A DNA stretch of 64,000 nt from NCBI GenBank assembly GCA_045546095.1, contig JAZQCE010000010.1, positions 5,712 to 69,711 on the forward strand, read 5' to 3'. Source of the stretch: Candidatus Nanosyncoccus sp. Its GTDB lineage: Bacteria; Patescibacteriota; Saccharimonadia; Saccharimonadales; Saccharimonadaceae. Position numbers and translations under genes: made by a program. Positions 45,604-55,021 of the stretch are shown piece after piece; position 1 is the stretch's first letter; every line of letters begins with the position of its first letter. The notes below the pieces were generated by a model, which worked only from the letters and a program-made list of their open reading frames with translations, was not told the origin of the DNA and ran no database searches.

Positions 45604-47958
45604 CTACGAACCCGCGACGCACCTAATACTGTTGCCGCCGTACTTACTGTCGCCACTGGTACCTGGAGAGACAACCGTGCTACTCAGATCCAGTTTGTAG
45701 CTATAGTTGTCATCATACGCAGTAGACGACCAATAGCCTCCGCTGCTGCCCCTAAGGTAGGCAGACGACCTAAAGAAGCGGCCGGAGTAGAGGAAGTTAT
45801 TCGGGAACTGGCGGAGTCTGTTACTCGTTACTGCGCCAGTAGGTGTAGAGGATGAATTCATGTCAGCGTTAGATCCATCCATAGAAGCGCTGAGGTTGGA
45901 GAAGCCTTTGCTAGCGATGCCGTTACCTGTGCTCCTACCATAAGGTAATCTCCAGCCCTTCGGGCAGATAGAAGTGTTTACTGTCTCTGAAGTCTTACTA
46001 TTAGAGTCTGTAGCGGTAGGGCCACTATAGTAGGTAGTATTTGCCATTGCAGCTGCCCAGGTATAATAGTTACCATAGCCATAGGTGTTATTGTCGCCTG
46101 TAGAGCTGGCTACAGTAGATTGGGTATTGAAGTTGTTGTAACGAGGCATCCGGAAGCCGGCATGGCTAGTTTGTGAGATATCTATTGTAGCTGTACCGCT
46201 CTGAGTACCAGCATAGTAAAGTGAGTTTGGCTCGGTAGGATTAGTAGCGGAGCTAGTACTACCCGTAAAGTTCGCCGTCTCTGGCTCGGCTAGACCTTTG
46301 AAATTACCATAAGTCGCATCTGTATGGTATCCTTGGGCGAGATTACCAGTAGAATTATCCGAGTTGGTGTATTCTAATCTTAAATTATCCGTCATCCAAC
46401 AGTTACCGTCTGTGAGTCTGGCTACGGTGTAGATATTAGTATCTCTCGTGTCTTGGAGAGCAATGAAGGAGTCTAGAGTGATGCTGGGATGGTTCTCCGT
46501 AGCGAAGGATACGCCACTGTTTGAGTTTGTGTCTGTCTTATAGGTAATCTTGGTAAGGTTATTAGTACACTCAGTCTCGCCAAAGGTCTGCATGGTGTAG
46601 GTGGTGGATTTAGGTAGCCATACGGCATAGAGCCTGAGGCCCCCGGTGCTATACTGGCCAGCCGTAATAGTAAGTCTTTCATTCGGGCCATAGACTTTGC
46701 CAGCGGCAGTGGCGTTCGCAAAGTTTGTGGTAAAGTTCGCATCGTCTGGGTCTAGCTGCATCGTGCTCCAGCCAAGAAAGCCGTAGTCTGTACGGTAGAA
46801 GTTGGGAGCGTGAAGATAACCAACAGCCGTGGCGGTAGAGTATACGCTCTGGTTGCTCATGGCAGCAATGTTGCCGCTGACTACGGGGCCAGTAGCGCCG
46901 TTGCTACTGTAGCAGATGTAATTACCTGGGCAGTCTGTCCATTGGGCGTAGAGGGTAATGGTGCTGCCTACGGCTGCGAGGTCGGTGACTTGTTGCTCAT
47001 TGGTATAGGAAGTGCCGGTGCCGTCTTGTTTGGTGTTCCAGCCGGCGAAATAGTAGCCAGATGGGGGAGTGAATCCGACAGAGTTGAGATTGGCAGAGAC
47101 CCCCTCATAAAAGACCTGGTCTTGCATAGTACCAGTGCCAGAAAGAGTAGTGCCATTAAAGATGCTGGCAGGATTAAAACTGACTCTATATGAAATACAA
47201 GCGTCAGCCATGGTAGTGTAATAGACGATAGTACCATCCTGATTGCTATTATTGATGTCTGGTATGAGCTTGTAAGTGCCTAGAGGCATAGAGCTATTCA
47301 TAGCTACGCCATAGTAGAGGGAGAATTCATCATTAATGTCTGTGGTACTAGGTGTAGGGAGAGGAGATTTAATAGTAGCGACAGTGCCTCCTAGAGCTGG
47401 GACTGGGGAGAAGGTAGAGCTAGCGATGGGAGCTGTATCATCTGCATTATAGTAATAGCCCCAGGTATTGGCAGAGCTATTTAGGGCAGTACTACCAGAT
47501 ACTGGGGAGAAGTAAGTGCCTACAGTATTATTGCTGCTGTTACCATTTAGGTAGAGATTGTTATCATCTACTGATGCGGATACAGCGAAATTATAGCCTG
47601 AGCGACATGTGGTAGAGACGATGATTTGGTCTTTACTGATAGCAGTGCTGATGCCAGTAGTAGGGTCGCTGCCGGCGGTAGAGATGTTGATGTTCTGGGC
47701 ACCAGAAGAGGTGACGGTGAGAGAATCAGCGGCTGACACTGGAGCGACTAGAAATGTGCTTATCGTAAGCACAAAAACAAGCCCGGTAAAAGCACCAGCA
47801 GCTTTACCTATAATAGGCATACACGAACTGACGTTCGAGAGGTCATGCTCTTTAATTGCCTGATGGCTGTCTCGGACCACTAGGCAGAGCCCACTGCTAG
47901 TGCTTTTACTAGGCTTATTTTTAACTAAACTTGCGAGATGATTAAATAAATAAAACAA
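45604..47958 (-). CDS. Secreted FISUMP-domain protein with Listeria/Bacteroides repeats and DGR-like C-terminus (paralog 3); start uncertain
   Basis: GYYFAGWNT..ITLYAQW repeat, DTRDTNIY..LTDGNCWM, YGNYYTWAAAMA, CPKGWRLP, YWSST..IRC. Confidence 0.85.
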   Translation of the reverse strand: MFYLFNHLASLVKNKPSKSTSSGLCLVVRDSHQAIKEHDLSNVSSCMPIIGKAAGAFTGLVFVLTISTFLVAPVSAADSLTVTSSGAQNINISTAGSDPTTGISTAISKDQIIVSTTCRSGYNFAVSASVDDNNLYLNGNSSNNTVGTYFSPVSGSTALNSSANTWGYYYNADDTAPIASSTFSPVPALGGTVATIKSPLPTPSTTDINDEFSLYYGVAMNSSMPLGTYKLIPDINNSNQDGTIVYYTTMADACISYRVSFNPASIFNGTTLSGTGTMQDQVFYEGVSANLNSVGFTPPSGYYFAGWNTKQDGTGTSYTNEQQVTDLAAVGSTITLYAQWTDCPGNYICYSSNGATGPVVSGNIAAMSNQSVYSTATAVGYLHAPNFYRTDYGFLGWSTMQLDPDDANFTTNFANATAAGKVYGPNERLTITAGQYSTGGLRLYAVWLPKSTTYTMQTFGETECTNNLTKITYKTDTNSNSGVSFATENHPSITLDSFIALQDTRDTNIYTVARLTDGNCWMTDNLRLEYTNSDNSTGNLAQGYHTDATYGNFKGLAEPETANFTGSTSSATNPTEPNSLYYAGTQSGTATIDISQTSHAGFRMPRYNNFNTQSTVASSTGDNNTYGYGNYYTWAAAMANTTYYSGPTATDSNSKTSETVNTSICPKGWRLPYGRSTGNGIASKGFSNLSASMDGSNADMNSSSTPTGAVTSNRLRQFPNNFLYSGRFFRSSAYLRGSSGGYWSSTAYDDNYSYKLDLSSTVVSPGTSGDSKYGGNSIRCVAGS

Positions 47959-48056
47959 CGTACGACCTTTTCATGCCTTTTAACTTTTATTCTTGTAATT
48001 AATTATACACATATACCCCCCTCCCGCAAGTCTTGACTTTTATAAAAAACATAACC

Positions 48057-50246
48057 TCACTCAAACACCGGCAAATCGTCCGGAAACGGGTCAAAATCCG
48101 ACTCCCCAAAATCATCAGCAAAATCCGTAAACCCATCGCCGTCACGATCACGATACCCCGCCGAGCCAGCCCCCATCCCGTACGGATCATACCCGAGCTC
48201 CATCAAAAACCTAGACGGCATATTATAATTCCTATCACCAAACGAAAACCGACTCGCCGCATAAGTCAAAAACAACTTCCGCATCGCCCGCGTCATCCCT
48301 ACATATGCTAGCCTCCGCTCTTCTTCTAGCTCCGCCGGATCATCTATGCACCTTGAACTCGGAAACAGCCCCTCTTCCATCCCTACAATAAACACTACTG
48401 GAAATTCCAACCCCTTTGCAGCATGCAGCGTCATTAAGGTCACAGAATTCGCCTCACTGCTCTCATCCACCGACGACATCAAAGTCGCATCCGCCAAAAA
48501 CTCCTCCAGCGTGTCATATTCAGCCGCATTCGTCGCTAGTACATCCAAGTTCCGCATCCGCTCTTCTGCCGCCGGTGTTCCATCATCCGTCAATGTCTTG
48601 AAGTCAAAATACTCTACAATTCGCCTTACGATTTCGCCCGAGTTTTCTACAGCTTTTAAATCAACCGGATCGGTCCTATTCGGGACCGTAAGCTTGGCCG
48701 AGCGGCCCTTGAGCGTGTCCCGAGTAGGACCATCCGGTTGATTTTGTATCCCCCTGATAAACCCAGTCAACTTCCTCAAAGCATTTTTCGCCTTAGCAGA
48801 ATTCAATACCTCCAGCAGATCCGCATCCAGCAGCGGGTTCTCACCCTTCATCACGTCCATTGCAGACAAAATCTTGTTTAGTGACACCTCACCAATCCCT
48901 GAAAGCACATTAGATACCACACGCGCCAGACTAACCGTATCTCGCTGATTTTGAATCACCTTTAATATCGCCAGCACGTCCTTCACTTCCTTGCGATCAT
49001 AGAATCTCACCCCGCCCACAATTTTATATGGTATATGCATCCCCATAAACGCTTTTTCAAAATTATACGACTGTGCATTCGTCCGATAAAGCACCGCAAA
49101 ATCACTAAAATCCGGATATTTCTTTTGCAAATTCAGGATTGTGAGCGCCACATAATTCGCTTCCTGCGCTTCATCACGCAGATTCTCAATATCCACCGGC
49201 TCACCATCCTCTATCTCCGTAAATAGAGTTTTTTCGGTCCGGGTTTTATTTTGATTAATGATTTTCTGCGAAGCCCGCAAAATATTCCCCGTAGAACGAT
49301 AGTTCTGCTCCAACTTGATTACCTTAGCCCCCGGAAAATCCTTTTCAAAATTCAAAATATTCGTAAAATCCGCTCCCCGCCATGAATAAATAGACTGCCA
49401 ATCGTCCCCCACCACACAAATATTTCGTTTTTCATTTACCAAAAGTTTTACAATATTATATTGCACGACATTAGTATCTTGATATTCATCAATCAGGATA
49501 TGTTTGAATCTTTTCTGCCATTTTTTTCTCACCTCAGAATGTTTTTGCAGCAGTTCTAATTCTTTCAAAAGCAAATCGTCAAAATCCAGCGCCCCTGCCT
49601 TTTCTTTTTCTACTTCATATTTCGCAAAAATTTTGGCAATTTTTTGTTGGTTTGGATAAATCGCTTTCGCCGCGTAGTCATCCGGCCCATTCCCCTGATT
49701 CTTTTCACTCGAGATAATCGACTGAATCGATTTTGGTTTCAAGTTTTTATTATCTGTAAACTTCAAATCTTTAATAATTCGCCGAATTAGCGATACCTGG
49801 TCGTCCATGTCATAAATCACAAAATTCCGATCCAGCCCTGCCGCATCCGCCTCAATTCGGAGTATCCGCACCGCAATACCGTGGAACGTCCCCATATAAG
49901 GCATGAAGCTACGGGGCGGCTCTTGGGGATTTGCGGGCAATTCCAAAAACGCTTCACTCGGGACCGTAAGCTCGGCCGAACGGCCTTGAGTGTGTCCCGA
50001 GTGAAGTGTTTTAGAATTGCCCACCAACCGCCACAGCCTCCCCCGCATCTCTCTCGCCGCCTTATTAGTAAACGTCACTGCGAGGATATCCGACGGCCGC
50101 ACACCATGAGCAATCAGATTAGCAATGCGGTGTGTTAAAGTTTTCGTTTTCCCAGATCCAGCTCCCGCCAATATCAACACTGGCCCCGTTAGGCACTCTA
50201 CCGCCTCCTTTTGCCGCGGATTCAATCCCTCCAAAATTTCATTCAT
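48057..50246 (-). CDS. pcrA: ATP-dependent DNA helicase PcrA/UvrD (two in-frame hairpin insertions)
   Basis: LAGAGSGKT, TFTNKAA, IDEYQD, QNYRST, TLHAAKGLEF, EERRLAYVGMTRA. Confidence 0.97.
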   Translation of the reverse strand: MNEILEGLNPRQKEAVECLTGPVLILAGAGSGKTKTLTHRIANLIAHGVRPSDILAVTFTNKAAREMRGRLWRLVGNSKTLHSGHTQGRSAELTVPSEAFLELPANPQEPPRSFMPYMGTFHGIAVRILRIEADAAGLDRNFVIYDMDDQVSLIRRIIKDLKFTDNKNLKPKSIQSIISSEKNQGNGPDDYAAKAIYPNQQKIAKIFAKYEVEKEKAGALDFDDLLLKELELLQKHSEVRKKWQKRFKHILIDEYQDTNVVQYNIVKLLVNEKRNICVVGDDWQSIYSWRGADFTNILNFEKDFPGAKVIKLEQNYRSTGNILRASQKIINQNKTRTEKTLFTEIEDGEPVDIENLRDEAQEANYVALTILNLQKKYPDFSDFAVLYRTNAQSYNFEKAFMGMHIPYKIVGGVRFYDRKEVKDVLAILKVIQNQRDTVSLARVVSNVLSGIGEVSLNKILSAMDVMKGENPLLDADLLEVLNSAKAKNALRKLTGFIRGIQNQPDGPTRDTLKGRSAKLTVPNRTDPVDLKAVENSGEIVRRIVEYFDFKTLTDDGTPAAEERMRNLDVLATNAAEYDTLEEFLADATLMSSVDESSEANSVTLMTLHAAKGLEFPVVFIVGMEEGLFPSSRCIDDPAELEEERRLAYVGMTRAMRKLFLTYAASRFSFGDRNYNMPSRFLMELGYDPYGMGAGSAGYRDRDGDGFTDFADDFGESDFDPFPDDLPVFE
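48657..48745. repeat. Hairpin element family A, pcrA copy 2
   Basis: Arms AAATCAACCGGAT(C)GGTCCTATTCGGGAC / GTCCCGAGTAGGACCATCCGGTTGATTT. Confidence 0.85.
49935..50022. repeat. Hairpin element family A, pcrA copy 1
   Basis: Arms GGGCAATTCCAAAAACGCTTCACTCGGGAC / GTCCCGAGTGAAGTGTTTTAGAATTGCCC. Confidence 0.85.
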
Positions 50247-50344
50247 TATCCTATTATATCAAACATCCAAAAAACAAACACTCATAATAAAAAGAGGCTC
50301 TTTGGGCCTTGATAGCCCCAAGCCTAACCGCCATAGCAAAAAGC

Positions 50345-50373
50345 TTGACAAGCCCAAACCTAAGCATTATAAT
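50345..50373 (+). promoter_or_regulatory. Consensus sigma70 promoter TTGACA-N17-TATAAT
   Basis: -35 at 50345-50350, -10 at 50368-50373; no ORF downstream. Confidence 0.75.
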
Positions 50374-50378
50374 AAAAC

Positions 50379-50447
50379 TAGGTGGTGTAGCTCCAGAAAC
50401 TACACCAATGGGTTGGGTTAAGCCGTCACTTACGGCTTAACTTTTTT
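50379..50447 (+). ncRNA. Putative orphan two-hairpin small RNA
   Basis: Hairpin GGTGTAG/CTACACC (50384-50406), then an 11-bp terminator stem (50417-50441) and a T-run. Confidence 0.45.
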
Positions 50448-50647
50448 CTTCGGCTACCTCGCCGTAATGAGAGCTTTACGGTTATTTGAATTCGCCATAG
50501 CGAAAACTTTAATCCCATCTGCCTCCTTTCCGAGCTTCTGACATATCTGGAATAGTGGTTTACTGAAGCTCCACATCCGCACGAATATGCTATGGCAAAA
50601 TTCCTACTGAGCCAAGCCAAACCTCACTAAACCCCAAAGCCAACCCG
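50408..50647 (-). ncRNA. Putative structured RNA of about 200-240 nt (6S-like rod or diverged SRP RNA)
   Basis: TTGAAA-N17-TAGAGT promoter; stems 50488-50501/50589-50603 and 50532-50538/50565-50571 separated by a bubble; no credible ORF. Confidence 0.4.
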
Positions 50648-50713
50648 ACGCTACTCTATCGCGCAGCCTCAAAAATTTCAACCCCTAGCCACGTATCTCA
50701 AAGCATGAGTATT

Positions 50714-52264
50714 CTAGATTCCGGTCAGCGGCACTATATCTGCACCCAGATGCCTCAGTCGTGCTGCAAAATCTTGATACCCACGATTAATTGGATAAAC
50801 ATTGCGCAAAATCGATTTCCCTGGTGCCGCAAGCATGCCAATCAGCACCACTACCGCTGGACGCAAAGCCTGCGGCGCGACCAATTCCGTCGGCCTCCAA
50901 TTTGTCGGCCCCTCAATATACACACGATGCGCGTCGAGCAACTCTACCTTGGCATTCAAATTCGCAAGCTCCGTAATATACACCGCCCGATTCTCGAACA
51001 CCCAGTCATGAATCAATGTCCTCCCCTTCGCCACAGCTGCAATTACCGAGAAAAACGGCAAATTATCAATATTTAGCCCCGGGAAAGGCATTGGATGAAT
51101 TTTGTCCACCGGCGCCACCAAATCAGACTTCTTTATTGCGAGGTCCACCAATCTGGTCCGCCCATTAGCCGAAGCATACTCTGGCGACTTTTCAAATTTT
51201 GCATTCATACTTTTTAGCACTTCCAGCTCGACTTCCAAAAACTCTATCGGCGCACGCCTCAAAGTAATCTCCGACTTCGTCACTAGTGCCGCAGCGATGA
51301 AGCTCATCGCCTCAATCGGATCCTCAGAAATATTATAATCCACATCAAGGTCGATTTGCGGACGCCCCCGCACCCTCAGAGTAGTCGTACCAACACCAGA
51401 AATTTTGACCCCCATCTTTTCCAAAAAGAAACAAACATCCTGCACCATATAGTTAGGAGAAGCCCCCACAATCACTGTTTCTCCTGGCGCAAGTGCAGCC
51501 GCCATCAACACATTTTCAGTAACCGTATCGCCACGCTCAGTCAAAACAATATAACGTCCATCACTCTTCTTTAGTGTCTTTTGATCTACAGACACCTCAT
51601 AAAATCCAGGATTTTTTTCTGCATCTACTTTTAGCCCAAACTGCTCCAAGGCCTTGAGATGTGGCTCCACTGTCCTAGTCCCTAGCGAGCATCCACCAGC
51701 ATAAGGTATCTGAAACTGACGATAGCGATGTAGTAGTGGCCCCAAAAACATAATGATTGATCGCGTACGGCGCGCCGCTTCGACATCCATCTCGTCTAAC
51801 TTCAATTCGCGTGGTGATATAATTTCCAGGTCGCGCCTGCGATTTGTCCAACGGCATTTGACTCCGATAGACTCCAAAACTTCTATAATCCTAAAAACCT
51901 CTTCTATTCGTGCGATGCGTCTAAGAGTAGTCTTCCCAGTGTTTAGTAAAGACGCACAAAGCAAAGCTACCGCTGCATTTTTCGATGTATTAATCGTGAT
52001 TTCACCAGAAAGTTCCTTCCCACCAATAATCCGGAAACTCTGCGAGGCAGAGTCATTAATAGAGAGAATTTGCTTACCCAAAGCCTCCGAGAGCTTCTTT
52101 ATCATCTCTAACGATACATTCTGCCCGCCCTTCTCGATGCGGTGTATCGCCGACTGGCTCGACCCCACTGCCTCGGCTAACTCACCCTGAGTCCAGCCTT
52201 TTTCGAGCCGCATATGCTCTACGGTTTCACCAATAACTTGCTGATATGTCTTTGCTTTTGCCAT
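50714..52264 (-). CDS. murA: UDP-N-acetylglucosamine 1-carboxyvinyltransferase with N-terminal XRE HTH
   Basis: WTQGELAEAVGSSQSAIHRIEKG HTH; SKNAAV, GGCSLGTRT, LRPAVVVL EPT motifs. Confidence 0.92.
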   Translation of the reverse strand: MAKAKTYQQVIGETVEHMRLEKGWTQGELAEAVGSSQSAIHRIEKGGQNVSLEMIKKLSEALGKQILSINDSASQSFRIIGGKELSGEITINTSKNAAVALLCASLLNTGKTTLRRIARIEEVFRIIEVLESIGVKCRWTNRRRDLEIISPRELKLDEMDVEAARRTRSIIMFLGPLLHRYRQFQIPYAGGCSLGTRTVEPHLKALEQFGLKVDAEKNPGFYEVSVDQKTLKKSDGRYIVLTERGDTVTENVLMAAALAPGETVIVGASPNYMVQDVCFFLEKMGVKISGVGTTTLRVRGRPQIDLDVDYNISEDPIEAMSFIAAALVTKSEITLRRAPIEFLEVELEVLKSMNAKFEKSPEYASANGRTRLVDLAIKKSDLVAPVDKIHPMPFPGLNIDNLPFFSVIAAVAKGRTLIHDWVFENRAVYITELANLNAKVELLDAHRVYIEGPTNWRPTELVAPQALRPAVVVLIGMLAAPGKSILRNVYPINRGYQDFAARLRHLGADIVPLTGI

Positions 52265-52296
52265 AGATTGATTATATCACAATATGCATATTTGTA

Positions 52297-52453
52297 AACA
52301 CAAATAGCATGTTTTTCGGGACCGTAAGCTTGGCCCGACCGTCGAAGGAGACGAGACTGCAGAAAGTTCACTTTCTGCAGCGAGCCGACGCTCAACGGGC
52401 GACTCAAAGAGTCGAGCGGCCTTGAGCGTGTCCCGAAAAACATCCATTTGTGT
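52297..52453. repeat. Hairpin element family A, long form, between divergent murA and pgk
   Basis: Same termini as the short copies plus an internal segment of about 75 bp; arms AACACAAATAGCATGTTTTTCGGGAC / GTCCCGAAAAACATCCATTTGTGTT. Confidence 0.85.
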
Positions 52454-52467
52454 TATAATACGGCTAT

Positions 52468-53520
52468 ATGAAAACAATCCGAGATTTAGACATCAAAGAC
52501 AAAACCATCCTGGTCCGCGTAGATTACAATGTACCCCTAAAAGACGACCAAGTCGAGAGCGACCTCCGCATTCGCGCTAGTCTCCCTACTATTAGATACC
52601 TTCTAGAGCACGGCGCCAAGCGCATTGTCCTCATCTCTCACCTCGGCCGCCCAGAAGGCAAAGAAAATCCAGCCTTCACTCTTTCTCCAGTCGCCAAAAC
52701 CCTCCGCAAATTACTAAAAGACGTCAAAGTCGGCTTTTACCCTCTACCAAAGCCAGGAAGCAAAATCGCAATCCCCACAGATGTCAAAGTGGCCCTACTC
52801 GAAAACCTACGCTTCGACCCAGGTGAAGAAGCAAATTCCCCCGATTTTATCAAGAATATAGTATATTCCGTAGAGGCCGACGCCTTCGTCCAGGATGGCT
52901 TTGCCGTAATCCATCGCGCACACGCTTCTACCGCTGCCGTCACGGACATTCTCCCCACATATGCCGGCTTGCTCTTAGAAAAAGAAATTACCAATCTAGA
53001 AGCCGCTACCAAAAACCCATCAAAGCCAGTCCTCCTCATTATCGGTGGAGCCAAAGTCGACGACAAGCAGCCCTTAATCGACAAATTCACAAGTTTAGCC
53101 GACCATATCTATGTTGGTGGCAAAATCGCCGCCGATGGGTATAAATCAGACAACCCCAAAATTATCGTAGCCTCCGATTTTGACGAAGACACCGAAAGTC
53201 GCAAGCTAGATATCGGCCCACTCTCCACTGGCGAGCTAGCCGGCCTCATCACCGACGCAAACACCATCATCTGGAATGGTTTGCTAGGTAAAGCTGAAGA
53301 TTCCGCCTATGCCACTGCCTCTACCATTGCCGCAGAATTGATTGGCGAGAAAAAAGGCGCCACTACTATCATTTGCGGTGGCGACACTACCGGTTTCGTC
53401 GAAAACCTCATGCAAAATCATCCATCGCTAGAATATTCACTAGTCTCCACCGGTGGCGGCGCAGCTCTCGAATTCTTGCTTGGCAAAAAACTGCCAGGAT
53501 TGGAATCTATCAAGAAATAG
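52468..53520 (+). CDS. pgk: Phosphoglycerate kinase
   Basis: LVRVDYNVP, SHLGRP, LLENLRF, IGGAKVDDK, STGGGA.LEFL. Confidence 0.97.
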   Translation: MKTIRDLDIKDKTILVRVDYNVPLKDDQVESDLRIRASLPTIRYLLEHGAKRIVLISHLGRPEGKENPAFTLSPVAKTLRKLLKDVKVGFYPLPKPGSKIAIPTDVKVALLENLRFDPGEEANSPDFIKNIVYSVEADAFVQDGFAVIHRAHASTAAVTDILPTYAGLLLEKEITNLEAATKNPSKPVLLIIGGAKVDDKQPLIDKFTSLADHIYVGGKIAADGYKSDNPKIIVASDFDEDTESRKLDIGPLSTGELAGLITDANTIIWNGLLGKAEDSAYATASTIAAELIGEKKGATTIICGGDTTGFVENLMQNHPSLEYSLVSTGGGAALEFLLGKKLPGLESIKK

Positions 53521-53543
53521 TCCTCCACTAAAAGGCGATAATC

Positions 53544-54974
53544 CTATACCTTTCGAACTCTAATGGTATCCGTCCCGACCTTATTCTTGTCACCAGACAC
53601 AATCACCGTCGTCAAATCTTTTTTGCCATCGCGAGTCTGCAAATACCCAGACTTCTTTAGCTCCACAGCTAGAGCATAGCCAAATTCCGGCGAGTATGGT
53701 CGCACAAACGCCGAGTTCGCGTAGATAAGCGCCAACTGGTTTGCCACACGAGGATTAGAAGTAACGGACACAATAGGCAAATTCGGTCTCTGCGCTGCTA
53801 TCGCCATAGCCGTCGCCCCAGACGCAGTCTGGCAAACCATAACATCAGCCTCTATTTTTTCTGCCAATCTCGCTGCAGCATACGATATCGCATCATAAGC
53901 TACCGAATCCCCCTCTGGCAATCGTGACATCGGTGCAATCCTAGAATGATTCTGTGTGTAGAGGATAATTTTCTTCATTTCCTTCACCGTCTCTAATGGG
54001 TATTTGCCATTTGCGGTCTCGTCAGATAGCATCACCACATCTGCCCCCTGGACCACCGCCGTAGCTACATCCGAAGCTTCCGCCCTAGTCGGCTCTGGGT
54101 TCTCCACCATTGATGACAGCATCTGCGTCGCCACAATACAAAGCTTCGCATGAGCTCGGCAAAGCGCAATTAGTTTCCTTTGCACTATTGGCACTACTTC
54201 TGCACCAGCTTCCACAGCCATATCCCCACGCGCCACCATAATTCCATCGGCAGCCTTTACGATTTCTTCCAGATTTTTTTCGGTTTCAGTCGCTTTCTTA
54301 GTTTCAATTTTTGCAATAACTTTTGCCGTCGAGCCAAGAGACAGCAGTATTTGTTTTAATTTCAAAACATCCTGCGCCGTCTGCACAAAACTCAGAGCCA
54401 CATAATCATAGTCTGAGTTAGCTCCGTATTCAATATCAGCTAAATCTTTTTTTGTCAAAATATCACCGCCAAAATCAGTGTCGGGGAGGTTTAATCCTTT
54501 TTTAGACATGATAAAGCCCTCGTTCAAAACCTTAATTTTGATCGCCGTATCAGAGACAATCTCCATAACTTCGGCTTTAATTTTGCCATCAAATAATGAC
54601 ACCGGCTCACCCACTTTGACTTTCGCTACCAAATTATATTGTATAGGTACTGTCATTCCACCATCATGCTCAAATTCTTTCGATTCCAACACCAACTCAT
54701 CGCCCACGTGTAAATCTAAATGATTGCCTTTAAGCATCCCCAAACGAATTTTTGGCCCCTGCAAATCCTGCAATATAGCCACACTGCGTCCTTTCTTTGC
54801 AGCAGCCGCTCGAATCCATTTTATCTGCTGATCGCGCTCCTCGTTCGAGCCATGAGAACAATTCAATCGACAACCGTTTACGCCAGCCATTATTACCTCT
54901 TCAATTTTTTCTGCTGTGTTTGTCGACGGCCCAATTGTAGCCAAAATTTTTGTTCTCTTAAATAGTCTGCTCAT
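53544..54974 (-). CDS. pyk: Pyruvate kinase
   Basis: TKILATIGP, DLQGPKIR, AKIET, MVARGDM, ATQMLSSM. Confidence 0.97.
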   Translation of the reverse strand: MSRLFKRTKILATIGPSTNTAEKIEEVIMAGVNGCRLNCSHGSNEERDQQIKWIRAAAAKKGRSVAILQDLQGPKIRLGMLKGNHLDLHVGDELVLESKEFEHDGGMTVPIQYNLVAKVKVGEPVSLFDGKIKAEVMEIVSDTAIKIKVLNEGFIMSKKGLNLPDTDFGGDILTKKDLADIEYGANSDYDYVALSFVQTAQDVLKLKQILLSLGSTAKVIAKIETKKATETEKNLEEIVKAADGIMVARGDMAVEAGAEVVPIVQRKLIALCRAHAKLCIVATQMLSSMVENPEPTRAEASDVATAVVQGADVVMLSDETANGKYPLETVKEMKKIILYTQNHSRIAPMSRLPEGDSVAYDAISYAAARLAEKIEADVMVCQTASGATAMAIAAQRPNLPIVSVTSNPRVANQLALIYANSAFVRPYSPEFGYALAVELKKSGYLQTRDGKKDLTTVIVSGDKNKVGTDTIRVRKV

Positions 54975-55021
54975 ATATATCTATATTACCATAAGTTTTA
55001 TTTTTATGATAATATAAGCTT

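Noticed and set aside
14520-47958. Complete diversity-generating retroelement
   Set aside because: No reverse transcriptase, Avd-like gene or adenine-rich template repeat seen; the three VR-like ends differ at many non-A positions; no convincing canonical short IMH hairpin.
50500-50560. Firm call of SRP (4.5S) RNA
   Set aside because: The helix 8 motif CAGG-UCC-GGAA-GGA-AGCAG is only loosely matched and a competing 7-bp stem exists; left as unassigned ncRNA.
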